A DNA stretch of 64,000 nucleotides, taken from NCBI RefSeq assembly GCF_009914755.1, contig NC_060937.1. The stretch is one strand, 5' to 3'. The stretch comes from the human T2T-CHM13v2.0 reference genome, Homo sapiens. The translations under genes and the position numbers were made by a program. The notes beneath the pieces were generated by a model. The model was not told where the DNA came from. It did no database searches and worked only from the letters and a program-made list of their open reading frames with translations. Shown one piece after another: positions 45,441 through 59,754 of this stretch (position 1 is its first letter; the number at the start of each line of letters is the position of its first letter).

Positions 45441-47455
45441 TGGTGAATAAAGTGATGTTTCTTTTCATATCTTTAATTTCCAAATATTTTTCATTGGTCT
45501 CTTTTTAAATTCACATCCCATTCTTGTTTCATGGATGAGTTATTTTCTTATCGTTCTTAACATTAACTATAGTTTTTGAAAAATGCATTACCATATTTCT
45601 ATTTTTTTTCTGTTTTATCTGAATTTCCTTTTCAGTGTTAGCTGGGTTTTCTACTAGATTTTTTTTCAGATTAAATGTATTTATTGGTAGAAGTTCCTTT
45701 TTATATTCCATATATTAATTTGTTCCTTTTAGACATTGAAAACATTTTTTATCTAAGAAAATAGTTCATTTAATGTAAAATAAAATAAAGTGATTAGTAA
45801 CTTAGTCTAAGATGACCTTGTTAAATATAAATTCTTAACTTTGATATCAAGGTTATCAAGTTTTCTTTTTTGTTTAAAATTTCTTGCCTGCATCAACTCA
45901 AAAAAAGATTCTACTATATTTTTTCTACTAGCTCTATGGTTTTTTCTCTTATTATACATAATACATAGGGAATATATCTGTATATATAAGGTAAGTTTCC
46001 AAGTCAAATTTTCCATATTCTGATCCAATTTCCCCAAAAAACCCTAAAACAGTCCATCCTTTCCCCCTTTGTGTTCTTTTCTTTCACCTCACACTCATTC
46101 TAAGTTCATGTAATTATACTGGCCTATCATCTGTTAATAAGTCAGTAGTTGTTTTCTGCAGATTTTTACTGATTTCTGTTATTGCAATTGCTTTTGCTTT
46201 TAAGGATTTTATAAAATCTTGTAAGGTAAGTCACTATATTTACTCTCATTTTCAAAATTCTCTTAGATATTTTGAAATTTAGTTTTCAAAATATAATATC
46301 TTTTTGTTGGATTTCAATTGGAGTTATATTGACTATATAGATTGATTTGAACAAAGATATTAGGATAATGCTATAAATGGCTATTTTTCTGAACTCTGTT
46401 TCTAATGGTTGGTCTTTTGATCATATTAGGTTTTCTGTGTGGATGATCATTTTGTGCACTGGTACAGTTTCCTCCTGCTGCACCTGGCAAAACTCACATA
46501 CCCTATGCACTAGAGTCTACTACTTAGGATGTGTCCTAAGGAAACTTGCTTATACCCAGAGGAGGCATTCTTGATTATTTGTGATAGCTGAGCATTAGAA
46601 GCAAACTATCCACATCTAGGAAAAATGGAAAAGTAAAATATAAGACTTTGGAACATTATGAAGCAGTCAGAAGCAATGAACACATTTTCATACAGCAAAA
46701 AATCTCATTGCGATTACAGAGAAAACACATTGTGCAGAATGAGAACAATAGTACAATGCCATTATATGAATTAAAAACATTATTAAATAAAATCAGTATA
46801 TATTTTCAAGGATGGGATATAGCAGAGTATTTATATTATATACATTAGAATGAGTATTTATAGAAAAGAAAGAGGGTGAGGGATGAATTAAAAAATTAAG
46901 ATAATAAAATAATAAAGCAGGAATGTTCAAGGGTAAATTGTGATAGTATGGCAGGAATTGAGGAATATGCTTAACTGAACCTTCTGTATCTGAGAAAATA
47001 TAGGTGTGTTTATATATGCATACATATTAACACACACAATTATTTTAAAGTTTAGATGAAAAGTGTTTTTTAAAATCATGTTCTTCTAATTAAAAAGTAG
47101 TTCAAACTCCCTTGTCAAAATTTTCGTGAAAGCTAATAATACTCAATTTTTCCACAATCTTTTTTTTGCCATCTCATATGCTGAATGTAGATCTTTTTTT
47201 ATTATACTGTATTGTAGATACAGTGACCATCCACACAGAGATAAAATATAAATGACTGAGAACAGTTGTTGACTTGTTTGGATTTCCTACTATAACCCAT
47301 TAATTAAAATAAAAGGAAAGATTACTTAAAAAAATAGACAAGGAAAACATCCAAATTATTAACAAAACCACTGCTTTGTGTAATTCACACAAAAGGGAAG
47401 TAAAAATTAATATTTTCTAAGTTAGTTTTATTAATTAGTTGTATATCCTCAATAG

Positions 47456-48060
47456 TGTTAAAAGAAAAAATTACAACAAATTTAGTTGTAGATCTAATTG
47501 GCTTTTATTTGTGATTCATGAATGAGAGAATCCTCTATTCCAGAAAATGGAATGAGAACTCCCACTGGGCAAGTTCAGGACAGTGGGTTTTGTAAGGTGG
47601 AAATGAGAAAACAGAACAATAGGAAAAAATAAAATAAAATAAACTGATTGGTTAACATCAGGTTACTTCAGATTATTATTATTATTATTATTTTTTTTGA
47701 TGGTAGTCCCAGCTATTCAGGAGGCTGAGGCAGGAGAATGGCGTGAACCTGGGTGGCGGAGCTTTCAGTGAGCTGAGATCATGCCATTGCACTCCAGCCT
47801 GGGCAACAGAGCGAGACTCCGTCTCAGATTACTTTTTAAAAGGGTTAAAGCAGAGGGGACTTCCTTATTACAGTGACTCAGATTTCCTGGAATCTCCTGT
47901 TTTTAGGAAAAAGTGGTCTGTTTTGGGATCTGTTTCCTTAAAGTTTCAGTTTGATGATATGGCATTTAGCATGACTGATTCCATTTTGGTTTAGGCTGGT
48001 CTGTTGAGGCCTAGTGCAAGAGTTCAGTTCAAAACAATGGCCTATAATATTTGTTTAACA
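47456..48060 (-). mobile_element. Solo LTR, ERV1 class (MER4-group), containing a rearranged Alu
   Basis: tgttaaa...tttaaca termini; TSD atag at 47452-47455 and 48061-48064. Confidence 0.82.
47676..47826. mobile_element. AluY right-arm fragment inverted relative to its poly(A) tail
   Basis: (TTA)n-T8 tail at 47676-47698 (tail on minus strand) then sense AluY 47703-47826; tcagatta on both sides. Confidence 0.85.
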
Positions 48061-48546
48061 ATAGTTTTCCTCAGGTATCCTTTTTTAAAATTTACTTTGA
48101 GTAATTCCCAAGAGAATACCTCTAGCAGAAACTACTTTCTATAAATTTAAACCAAACCAAAACCATTAAAGGAAAGCTATGAAACAAAATAATTTAGCAG
48201 TTTCCATAGCTTAATTTAGTTTCTGTAATAGCTGAAAAAATAGGAATTGTAAAATCCATCAGCGTCTTTGCCAACATAAATGAAAATAAACACTATTCTA
48301 TGTTTGCCAAAAATTAAAGATGCATTTTACATTATAAATAAGGCATAACCTTTTCAAATTATATTGTCATAGTTTATACTTTAGATTTTGTGTATTATGA
48401 AAATTTTGTTGTTTAAAATTATGTTAGAGATATGGCACCCTAATTTAGAAAAACTATTTCAGGTCTTTGTGACAGAGGAAGAATTTAATTTATATTTTAG
48501 TCTTCCAGTATTCAACCTATTCTTTTGAGGTAATGTTAATATAATT

Positions 48547-49095
48547 GTCAGGGAGGGGAAAATGTCTTCCTTCCACACTCTGAAATTCTTTAGCTGGAGT
48601 ACAGATTAAATTAATATAAGGCAGATTAATAGAAAAACGATTTTAATTACATATATAGGAATGGGAGTCCCACAAAAATATGGGGCTTAAGGAAAGGCCA
48701 GGTAATTGAAGCTTATATAGCATCCTGAGCTAAAGAAAGGAATACAGAGCTGGATCTTCTAGTGGGTAGTGAAGACAAACTATTGAGAGGGTGAGTGGAG
48801 GAAAGGGATGGGAAATAAAATTTGCCTTGTTACACAGGTAAACTTCGCACTGGTGATAAAGACAAACTAGGTCTCCTAGAAGTTCTCTTCCTGATTCAGA
48901 TACCTTTACTAAGGAAAATTTTCTTTATAGATGTAAACTTCTTTTACAAAAGAGCAGGTTTTCAGAGCCTTTCCTGTGTCTTCAGTTTCTCAAAATAACC
49001 AGTTCAAAGTAATCAAAATGACAAAAAGTTATATTTTGGGGTGGCATATTCTGGTCTCCTACAGTTATATTTTGGGGTGTTGTGTCCTATGCACA
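48547..49095 (-). mobile_element. MER34-like LTR (ERV1)
   Basis: aggcagattaat...gcttatatagcatcctg...ctcaaaataacc...atattttggggtggcatattctgg. Confidence 0.72.
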
Positions 49096-49969
49096 TGGTT
49101 ATGCCTCACCATAACCGTGGTTGACTTATAACTAATTTAACTAGCTACCTTTTTTTGGGTGTAGGCCAACAGTATTTATTAAGTGATGATAAATCAGTCT
49201 TTATCATTGGAATATTTAATCCTTTTGTATACAGAAACATACAATATCCTGAAGGTAGCTGGGCTTAAGACTGCTGTCTTGCTCTTTTTTTTCTCTTTAC
49301 TGCATGTCTTTTTTAAAAATTCCTCCTTTCTTGCCTTCTTTTGAGTTTAACAAATATTTATTATTTTTATCCTTTTATAACTTTTTAAATTTGTATTTCT
49401 TTATTCTCTTAATGGTTATTATAGAGATCACAATATGCATTTTTAATTTTTACTGTCTAAATTGTAACTTTTACTACTTCATTGAACAATATAAGAAACT
49501 TAGGATAGTTTCACTCCATTACCCTCTTCCCTTTTTTTATGCCATTTTTCCAACAAATAGCTTACTCTTACCAATATTTTCACAATCCCCAGGACAACTA
49601 CTGCTATATAATAATACTTACTTATAATTTCTCACACATTTTATCCTTTCTGGTGCTCTTGTTTTTTTCTCCAGTTTCATGTGTTTATCTAGAATCTTTT
49701 TGCTTTAGCCTTAGTATAGCTTTTGTTGATTATTACAGGTGATGAATTTTTGCAGCTTTCATTTGTCTGCAGACATCTTCATTTTTGAAGAATATTTTCA
49801 CAAGGTCTTGAATTGTACATTGTTGCCAATTAACATTTTAAAAATGAAAATGTCTAAGCCATCGTTAAGTTCATGACTGAGCCCTCATTAACTTCATAAC
49901 ATTACACGTTGTGTCTAAGTGGTATGGAAAGTGTAGTGGAACAAATATAATATGAGAAATAACTAAGGT

Positions 49970-50930
49970 TGTGGGTGCTGCTGTTGGCCCTACTCATATC
50001 CTCTTCACCTGGCCCTTTTACCTGCCTCCTGGCTGCTGTGTTCCAACTCATAGCTGCTCTAGTCCCTGGGAAATTGCCTTCAACAAATAGGAGCCATTGG
50101 TATTATTTCTTATCTATTGCAATCTAACAAATCATTCCAAAACGTAGTGGCTTAAACCAACCATAAGCATTTATTATCCTATTTTCTGTTAGGAATTTGG
50201 GAGCTAATTAGTTGCGGGGTTCATGCTCAGGGTCATTAGAGAGACTGCTGTCAAGAAGGCAGCTAGGGCTGTGGTCATCTGAAAGCTCAAGTGGGGCTGG
50301 AGTATCATCTCCCAAGATTGCTTGCTCACATGGCTGTTGGTGGGAGGCCTCCGTTTGTTGTCACAGTGACCTCTCCATAGGACTGCTTGAGTGTCTTCAC
50401 ATTGCGGCTAACTTCCCTCAGAACAAGAAATCTAAGAGAGAGCAAGGCAGAGGCTGCCGTCTTATATGAGCTGGCCTCAGAAATCACATACTATTGTTTT
50501 TGCAATATTCCATAGGTTACACAGGTCATCCCTCTTCATTGTAGAAGGGGACTATGCAAAGGCATGAGGGATGAAACTGTGGGGAGTTATCATGGAGACT
50601 GGCTCTCATCCATCTCATCCACCTGTGGAAAGGGATTAGACTGCCACCTACCTCAGGCTCTTGGCAGCAACTTACAGGCAATGACTGACTGACACAGGGA
50701 TAGAAGAGGCTTGCCCCTTGCTTCAAGGTGTGGGACCAAACCTGGTGAAATGCATGCTTCAGTGCTTCTTGTGGTATCTGGCTGAAGCTGAGCCCACATC
50801 CCCACTTAGCTTCTTCCGCCACACCTGCCCTTGCTTCCCTTGCTCGCTTTTACCTAAAAGCACTCCCTGATGAGTTGCCTGCATACTGATTACTGTCTTA
50901 GGCACTGCTTCTAGGGAATCTGACCTAGAG
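49970..50930 (+). mobile_element. LTR16-like ERVL LTR split by an MLT1 insertion
   Basis: 5' part ...ctgggaaattgccttc (to about 50098); 3' part caatgactgactgacacaggg...ctgcttctagggaatctgacctagaga. Confidence 0.7.
50099..50610 (-). mobile_element. MLT1 (F/G/H-type) MaLR LTR
   Basis: tatctattgc...taacaaatca...gtagtggcttaaa...gggctgtggtcatctgaaagctc...ggactgcttgagtgtcttcac. Confidence 0.78.
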
Positions 50931-51319
50931 ATGCCTGAATTTTTAAAGGTACCTAAAATAAATGCAGAATGAGAGTAAGTGAAGGCAGGATTACAGTATC
51001 CTCTCCTTAGGATAGAGAAATCTCTTAATATTCCCAAGTTCCTAACCATTTTTTTCTCCCTGTTTTTCTATATTCATTTCACAGAGGTCCCTTCTGTTAA
51101 ATACATTGCTTTTTCCTTGTTTTGCTTCTAACATTTGAAGAAGGAAAATTTCCTTATTCCTGGATAAGAGTTGTGCTAAGCTCCTTTGTGGACATTGTGA
51201 GTCTTCTTTTAGCTTGGAGAGAGGGGAGCTAAACCATAGAGTTGGATTCTTTTATTTTGGAGACGTAATTGTCCTGATTCAATTTCCCCAATCCATTTCT
51301 GTTTATATAGCATGCTAAT

Positions 51320-51830
51320 AATGTGCACATCAAAGACCCTGAGTGATTGATACATACCAGTTACGGAGGTCTCCAAAGTTGAGCAAAGTAAGGAAGAGCT
51401 ACTGCTCCTTTAAACAGCCAGCAAAGCATCACAATTTTGCCTTTTTGAGCAGAGACCAAATCAACACAGCTGTAAAGGACATTGCGCTCATATAGTTGTC
51501 TAAAGCAGGCCAGGCAGAGTGATTTCCCTGTGGCAGTTCCTGCTCTCTGCTTGATTTCTTGAAGTTAGCTGGTAAGAATAAGCTATTAGCAAGCTTAAAT
51601 CGGTGATAATTAGCTGTACATTATTATTTCAAAGTGGTGTGGCTGTGCCAATTAAGTAGGTAATTAGGAAAACCCCAGGACAATAAATTAAGATGGAGTC
51701 TCAACACCAGTGCCCCATCTGTTCTCCAGCAAGCATTCCAATTAGCCAGGCCTCTCATTTCAGAATGCATGATTAAGGGGATTGGCTGCATGCATGAGTG
51801 TGTATTTGCATAATAGGGAGTGTCCTAGGT
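51320..51830. promoter_or_regulatory. Candidate developmental enhancer in unique sequence
   Basis: Cluster of TCF/LEF, PBX, homeodomain and octamer motifs (see findings). Motif evidence only. Confidence 0.4.
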
Positions 51831-54800
51831 GCTTAGTAAAAATAAGATATTTTTACTATCAGACAGGATTTTGATGTCAAGGTGGGGAATGCAGAATTTT
51901 TAGAAATATTGGATTTTTTTGAAACAAAATATAAATTTTGAGTTTTTTTCAATTTTGTCTTCAGAACTTAATTGAAATATTATATCATTAGACATTTCCA
52001 GTTCATTCTAATGCATTTATTAAATCGTGATTTGAGTGAGAATTTTATCACTTGGAACATTAACAGTTTTATTTATTAAGAACAGAAAGCAAAGAGGACA
52101 CTTGAAATTGCAGTTTAATGAAAGAAATGAGGCAGGGCATGATTCTCATTCAGAATGTCACTGTCAACTAAAGTAAATTAATATCCTGTACATTACAGAA
52201 AAACACAGGGAAGTGTTCAAAATAATTAAACGTGGGAAAAAATTTTAAATGTTTATTCAGTGAAGAACACTTAATGTTATTTAAGATTATTGCTAAGGTA
52301 GATAGATTCATATTAAATGGCATCAGTTAGTTTAAAATGCATAGAGTTTATAATAAAAAAACATAGAGCTTATAGTTACATAGTCAAATCTTATCTAATA
52401 CAACACTTTATTAATGAATCCAAAGTTAAATTTAAAAATTCTTGATATTACACACTGAGTATATATGTTTGTTTAGATGGTAAATCAGTATTGAGATATA
52501 CTGGACTTAATGATGAATTGTATATACAAATATTCAGTGGATGAAAATATTCATAGGTCTGAAAAAATAGTCGATTCTTTCAGAAAAATTTAATATCATT
52601 TATAGTAGCAGAGAAAGCAGTTTACAATCTATTTCCTCGTAAGTGAAAGTTAGTGCGTCTTTGAGGTGCCATCATTATTTATTACCTGTAAACTTAACTT
52701 GTGAAAATAAAGGTCATGTTTTCAATGAAAAAAAATCTGCTTAATGTAAAACAGTGCTTGTTAGGTGGTGGTACTGAGGGCTTCCAGAGCAGGGCAGGCC
52801 AAGACAAAGCTTTGGATAGGAGGCCAGAGCAGGTATGGAGGGAACATGAGCTCATGAGCTACAAGGCAGGCCAGAGTCAAGACCTACATGAATAATGAAG
52901 ATCAGGACCTGCAGGGGGTCAAACTACAGGCGCACAGGAAAAGCAAATGCCAGAAGGCAGAGCAAACATATGGCAAAAGTTCAGGCTAGTGGTTCTTAAC
53001 CTTTGGGGATCATGTATCCCACTGAGAATCCCATGAATGTTCCCAGAAAAAGAAAGTTCACAGACAAATCCATGCAGAATTTTGTTGCATTGAAAAGTAC
53101 TTTGCTCCACCTAAAACTAATATTAAAAACAGAAAATGTTTTAAAAATGCTCTTACTTTCTAGATGTTCATGAAAAAATTAATGGCCATTTCATGAATCA
53201 TCTTAAATGAAATCCACATAGTAGAAAATTATATTATGCACACTAGTCCTGAAAGAAGAGGCAGGTTCAACTATTTGGCACGAACTAGAAGTTGACATTG
53301 CAGTTGGTCTTGGATGTGGCTACGTGCCCATATGTTTGGTATTCAACAGATGCCCACTTTTTGTTTTGAGGGTAACAATTACTGGAAATTATAGAAAACG
53401 TATGCAACTATCATATCCAGTGGCTGCAATTGGAACTCCCCTAGTTTGCTTTCTTAGATGAGGATAGGCTTAATTCGGGGAGCATGACATTTATTCAAAC
53501 TCTTCAGGCTCCATTGGTGTTTCATAATGCTTACATCCTTAAGTTGCATTATGATATTTGCTGTCAACCTTAGGTTAGTGTGTGTGGAAATAAATCTCTC
53601 CACATTTCTAACTACAGAAAGAATAATAAGTATAATTTTATAGCCATAGACATGGCTAGAAATTGGACAGTTTTCAAACTGGTCATCCAAAAACCTTCTG
53701 TTTCTATGTAGGCGCTTTGCCGAAGAGCTAGAAGCTTTTAGTAATGTATGTAATTATTACCGTGGGGCTATCTCACTTATATGGCTGAAAACATCTTTTC
53801 CACCAAGAAAACCAAACTGTGAATAAATTATCCTTATCTAATATATCTAAGAGTATGTTTTCTTTTTGCTTTTCTCCCAACAAGTGAATCTTCTACCCCT
53901 TTTCCTTTGGAAAGTCAGTAAAGGTCTACAGAGTTGGAAAGAACCTCAAGTTCAGCTCCTGTTGTTACAATTTTTTTTACTGAACTTCTAGAAGAGGTGA
54001 AGAGGATTCAAGTTCAAATTACGATGAAATTGATGATTTTATAGGAGTGTATAAAATTATTTCAGAATTTTTGGCAGAATCTGTGGGGGCATAATTTAAG
54101 ATAATTGAAGTTTGTCTCTTACAAATTAATTGCATTTAGAAACAGGATGGGTCCTTCATCTATAGCATCTATAGCAAGAGTATCAAGCATTATCTTCTAC
54201 TTTGTTTTTCATGGTAAAGAACCTTTTCAACATTTAAAATCTATCAACGGCATTTAAAATGTAGAAAGGATACATATGTATAATAGGGGAAAATGGGAAG
54301 CAGGAAGCACCAAGGAATACTCATATTTGTATCCAATGGCATGGAATGGAAATGCCAAAGCTGCCAGATCCACCACAATTGTCTTCGAACTAGTAGAAAA
54401 AATTGTGTCTCTAGAGTAGGTTACACATGTGATAGAGAGACACTTCCTTTCCCTTTTTCATCTTCAGTCCAAAACACAAATCAGATTAACCATTTCCAGG
54501 GCACACAGCTCCACCATGATCTGTAGAATCATGTGTAGCTTCTTTTGCTTGGTGCAGCAAATGAGAATATGAAGGAAGTTTCAAGGTATCTCTTTTTGTT
54601 TTTGTTTAGGCTCATATTTGTAGAGCTCTCAACTTTTAAATTAAGCTTCCTTCTCAGAAATGTGATTCATTCTGGTTTGATGACTTTTGAAGTCAAGGAG
54701 TCTGAGGCTCTCTTTTTGATCTACTGGTTTCACCCTCTTTCAGCAAGATTCTTGTTATATAAGGAACACTGTAACTTTGGGATCTTGTAAACTGAGTAAA

Positions 54801-57800
54801 ACCAAAGGATTTATAGTCTTCAATGTATTGGGTTTGTCTACATTTTCCAATTTAAGTTAGGCCTTATATAAACAAACACATATATGGATTAACATAATGG
54901 AAGGATGCATAACCTTAATCCTTATCACATAAACATATTTTGGATGGCATAATTAAGTAAAGGTAACTATACATTAATTATTCCTGGTCAGTAATATTCT
55001 AGGCCACCCATCAGAAAAACTGGGAATAAAAGGATACCTAGGTGACATGTAACATTCCACAGCAATATTTTTCAAAATGAAAATTACCAGAGTAATAGGA
55101 ATAAAATTGAAGACTAAAATAGCTTATTTTATCTGAGCATTGCTATTTATAGATTTCCTAGTGCTAATGCCTATCTTTATAACAGAGTTCAGGGACACAT
55201 GTATTTGGAATGAAAGATATGGAGGATCTGAAAATGCAAGCATGAACAATTTGTACTAAGTATATACCAGCCATTAGTCAGATAAATTTGTGGGTGGAGG
55301 TAAACAGGAATATCTGATTGTAATTGCAAAATGCAAAAGATAAAAGAAGGAAGAATAAAGAAGGCTTTTCATTGGCAGATTATTAAAGGGCAAGTATTTT
55401 ATTAAAGTTCTGCTAATGCTGAGAGAGGTTAATAATATCTAGATTATATGCTTGTTCCGTAAGTCACAAAGTTTATTGTTAAAATGTTAGCAGCCACAGA
55501 AAATATCTTATTGCCAAAGAGGGGAATATTCAAGATTTGACCTAAAATACTGAATCTCAAACAGGTACTCAATAATGATTGTGTGAAGAGCATATATTAA
55601 TATCATTAGATTTGAAAATGGAAAATTAGTACCATGTTTCTTTAAACTAGTAGACTGAACAATTAATTGCATATTTTAATTAAAGTGACCAAAAAATTAT
55701 AAGAGGTAGACACTGTATCACATCTCTTTTGTGATAGATGACCAATTTCCCTAGTATTATCTGACTGGTTTTAAATCTTGAACACTTGGTCGAGTGTTTA
55801 TTTTCATTAATGGGTTGAAGTCCTTGTTTAAAGTCCTTTTTAATGGAGAACAGAGGTAGTGTTTTTTTAAGGCACATTTTTACAACAGGGGAAAACGATG
55901 TTAGAACTAATTTTGAAAACCTAGTTTTGATAACAGGTTTAAATCACTCTTTGTAGAGGAGGATGCTTTCAGAAAGGGTGTTTTTTTATGGGGACATTAA
56001 GTGGTAATGTGTTGGGTTTGGAAGGTCTTTGAAAAGTGAGGAATAGAGGCATCTATCCTAATTGCATAGATGGCTATGAATTTCCAGCTCAAGGCTAGAA
56101 TCAAATTACAAGAGAGTGCTAAACATGAAACACCTGTTTGAAAAGAACTTTCTGCAAAGGGTCTCTAAGGAAATCAGCCCACTCTCTGAGCTCCTTTCCA
56201 TCTCTTTCCTATTACTTTCCCTGTTGCTCCCCAACCTACCAACCCTTTAGTTTTGTTTTGAAATCACAGTAAATCCTCTAATAAAGGGGAATCATGTCAT
56301 GTGAGGGAGATGACTTCCTATGTGGAGGGGAAAACCTGGAATGACTTAGGGGAAAAAAAAATCTGTCTCTTTGAGAAAGGTGCCTATCTTTACGTCACAG
56401 TTTCTGTAATGAGCAATGAGTTCAGGTGGGGTTCAGAGAGCAGACTTAACAACTTGCTCTTTTGGAAAAAAAATTTTTTTTCTTTTGAATCAAATATGAA
56501 TGTCATGTGCTTGAAACACATTTTCATTTATGATAAACGTGCCATATATTGCATTGCTTCTCAGTGATGTGTTCACCCTCTCTTCCCAGAATGGGCCAAG
56601 AAACAAGACTTCCATTCTCCATCCGACTATACAAGTTTAATTACTTTCAAGCATTTGCAATGAGAGTGGTGTTTGCTCTTTCTATTCTATTAGAATGAAA
56701 ATCTAATTTTTGTATTCTAAAGACTTCTCTAAATATTTTGTCAAATAGAATGACAGGTGAGAATAACGTTAAATGATTAAATATAGATTCAGAACAGCAA
56801 GAGAAAAGAGTTCTTATCTAGAAACCTGTAATTATATATTTCCTCTGCTGAGCAGGAGACTGACATTTTAAACGTCTACTGTTTGACAGCTGTGGTCAGA
56901 CATCTCTACAGGGTTGAGCCTGCTCATTAGTGCCACATTAACCTTCACGTTGCCTCAGGCCATTAACTAGCAAACTGCACATTTGACCTTTGTTCTACAG
57001 ATATTTTCAAACAGTGTGCTAGGCATTGCTTTTAATTTGGGTTCTGTATTATGTGTGGACTGACTTTAGGGGTAAAAAAAAATCAATATATGTCATTAAG
57101 TAGAGAAACAAGCAGTCTGAGACATTTCAGAAAGAAAATCTCCATTTGAAAATAAGATCCTTCTTGGATACTTTTCTAGATAATTAGCTTTGGTCAAAAT
57201 TAGAAATAGTCTCTTCTGTGTTGTATTCAATGGAAAAAAAGAGGGGTGCAATATATGACAATTTATAAATGTTTAAAATGAAACAAGTTCCTGTGAGATG
57301 AGGACATAGGATTGAGAGGTATGCCTTTCGAACATAGTTTTGTTTCTAGCAAGGTCTAATTAAATGAAGTGCAAGGTCAAATGTAGATTAGAGCCATAGG
57401 CCTTAAGGCAAACAGCTTCCTAAAAGATGAACAAAGTTTGAAACTATATGTCAGCCTTATAAATTAAAATATAAATTTACTTAATGAAATATTTTCATAG
57501 ACTATGCTAATGTTGCTATATCCAGTTTATGGAATATTATACAGCTAATTAAAAATAAGACTCTATTTATTAACCTGAAAGGGCTTCATCATATACTGTC
57601 ATGTGAGAAAGATCCCATTTCATATATGTGTATAGCTTGGTACAGATTTTGTGAAACCAAACCATCTCTATATCCTTCTCTATCTTTCTATGTTGGTCTG
57701 TCTGTTTGTCTGTCTTTAGCTGCTTGTTAGTTTGCACATAGCAAAAGCTGAAGAATAAGATAAACACCAATCTGTTATATTGGTTACTTCAGGTGGGAGG

Positions 57801-58682
57801 GATGGAAAGACTATGGAAGGACAGAAATTAACTGGTTAGTCATGCACCTTTTTATTATTTTACACCTTACTAAAAGATATATTACTTTTATAATTAAACA
57901 TGATTAAAGTCAATTATAACAGTATAGCCAGTTGGAAGTGTTACTCAATTTAACAGTAGTAACTGGCATTCCTTTGTCAACAGATTCAGAAACAACTACT
58001 TCAGGGTGGGTTGCATTCCCCTTTATATATATTTTGTACCACGTGATGTATCAGGAGACCTTTCTGGCACTGTTGGCCTCAAGGGCATGGGAAGCAATGA
58101 AGCAATAACTATGCTAGTCCATGTTTCTCCCCTGCCTTCAGTAAGCTCAGGGCAAACAAGGCTGCAGGCTATGAATGAGCAATTGTGCTACAGCCTTTTT
58201 CTACTTTACTCTGTTGCACAGTGTACAAAGCTGGGCATTAGCCAGTGATTAGAATTTACCCCACTGCCTGCTTCCTGCTCCAGACATTTTAGACTGGTCA
58301 AAACGTGTAGATAACTCCTGTCTGAACATATTGCATTCTCATTGTAGCTTTTTGTCATTGTAGCGATGTATCTGGTTTTTTTTTTTTTCTAATCTAACAA
58401 TCTACTAATGAGTGTGTTTTTAGAATGTGATAATTTCCATAAATGTTTGGAAACAGGTGGAAATACTCTTCTATCTAAAGATTTATTCAACTTTGATTAA
58501 TCAAATATCCACTGGCAGCCAGTTATTGCTAAGCAATGAGATTTTCAGTTAATTAATTAAACAAGATGTTGAAGTCTGTATCAACTAAATGCCTAACTAA
58601 CTGATAATTTAGTGACTTCTCATGAGTCTTTTTATTTCTCTCATTTCCACTTTTGTTATTTATAAGAGGGTTGGACTAAGTC

Positions 58683-58860
58683 ACTGGTTCTCAAACATGG
58701 TTGCACATTAGGATCCTTCAGGAAGCTTGCAGAAAACCCAAATGCTCAGTTCTCATCCCGGACCAATAAATCTGATTGTTTGAGGGAGAACTCCAGGTGT
58801 ACAGTTTAAAATGTTTCCTTGGTGATGACAATGTATAGATAGGACAGGAGCTGTTTGAAC
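58683..58860. mobile_element. MER5A-like MITE
   Basis: ctggttctcaaacatggttgcacattaggatc...aatgctcag...ggtgatgacaatgt. Confidence 0.7.
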
Positions 58861-59754
58861 AGATGATCTCTAAGGCTCTTTCTATCTCTGTCTTCATAAC
58901 GCAGCATATCTGTGATGTATTAATTATGATAGCTATCTTACACAGCAGTGCAACTAAATATTAATGTGTTACTACATATTAATTTTAACATTACATATAA
59001 ATAGGAGCTGTCTTGAGCCTCTTTAGTAGAGTCTGGCTCAGTTGTTGTCCTACCTTAGAGATTCCTTCTATTTTTTAATGCAACACACCAGAAAGGTCTC
59101 TCTGATATTTTGCCAGAATCTAGGAATAGGTCCCCTAATTTAAAGTTTCCCAAGCCACCTGTGCACTTAAAGAACTTTAAATTATCACTATCATTGTGTA
59201 ACACATATTCCTTGTAGGAGCTTCTAATTCTAGAAGTTGTTAAAAACTAGTCTGGGGCTAATTCAAAAAGAATTTGTTAAGTGCCTGTTGGGTACCAAGC
59301 TGTGGTCCAAATCCTGGAGACATGAGGAAGACTTGGCTTTTGTCTTTAGGAAGCACATTCATTAATTGGGAAGGTAGATTGGCATACAGGGGGATTATAA
59401 TACTAGAGAGCAAGGGCTATAATACAACCATAGGCAGGGGCTAGATGAGAAATGAGGATGAACCAGTTGCTATACCAGTTGATTAGGGAAGGAGTTGGAG
59501 AGGATGTGAGGTTTAAGCAGGATCTTGAAGGATGGGTAGAAAGTTGAGAGTAAAGTAGGAGGAGAAGACAATTCTGGGTGGAGGAAACTGGATGTTCTAA
59601 GCCTGGAATCTTGTTCAGTAAATATTGAGTTGTTTTATGCAATGCGTGTATAGGTGTGTGGGCTTTGGCTGGTGTGTGTGAATAGAGAGAAGGGGGACTG
59701 TCATGGAATGAGGTTTAGGGGAAAGAGTCGAGCGCTCTTACGCCATGGCAAGAC

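Noticed and set aside
49025-49085. Repeat of agttatattttggggtg
   Set aside because: As recalled, part of the MER34-type LTR consensus rather than a local event.
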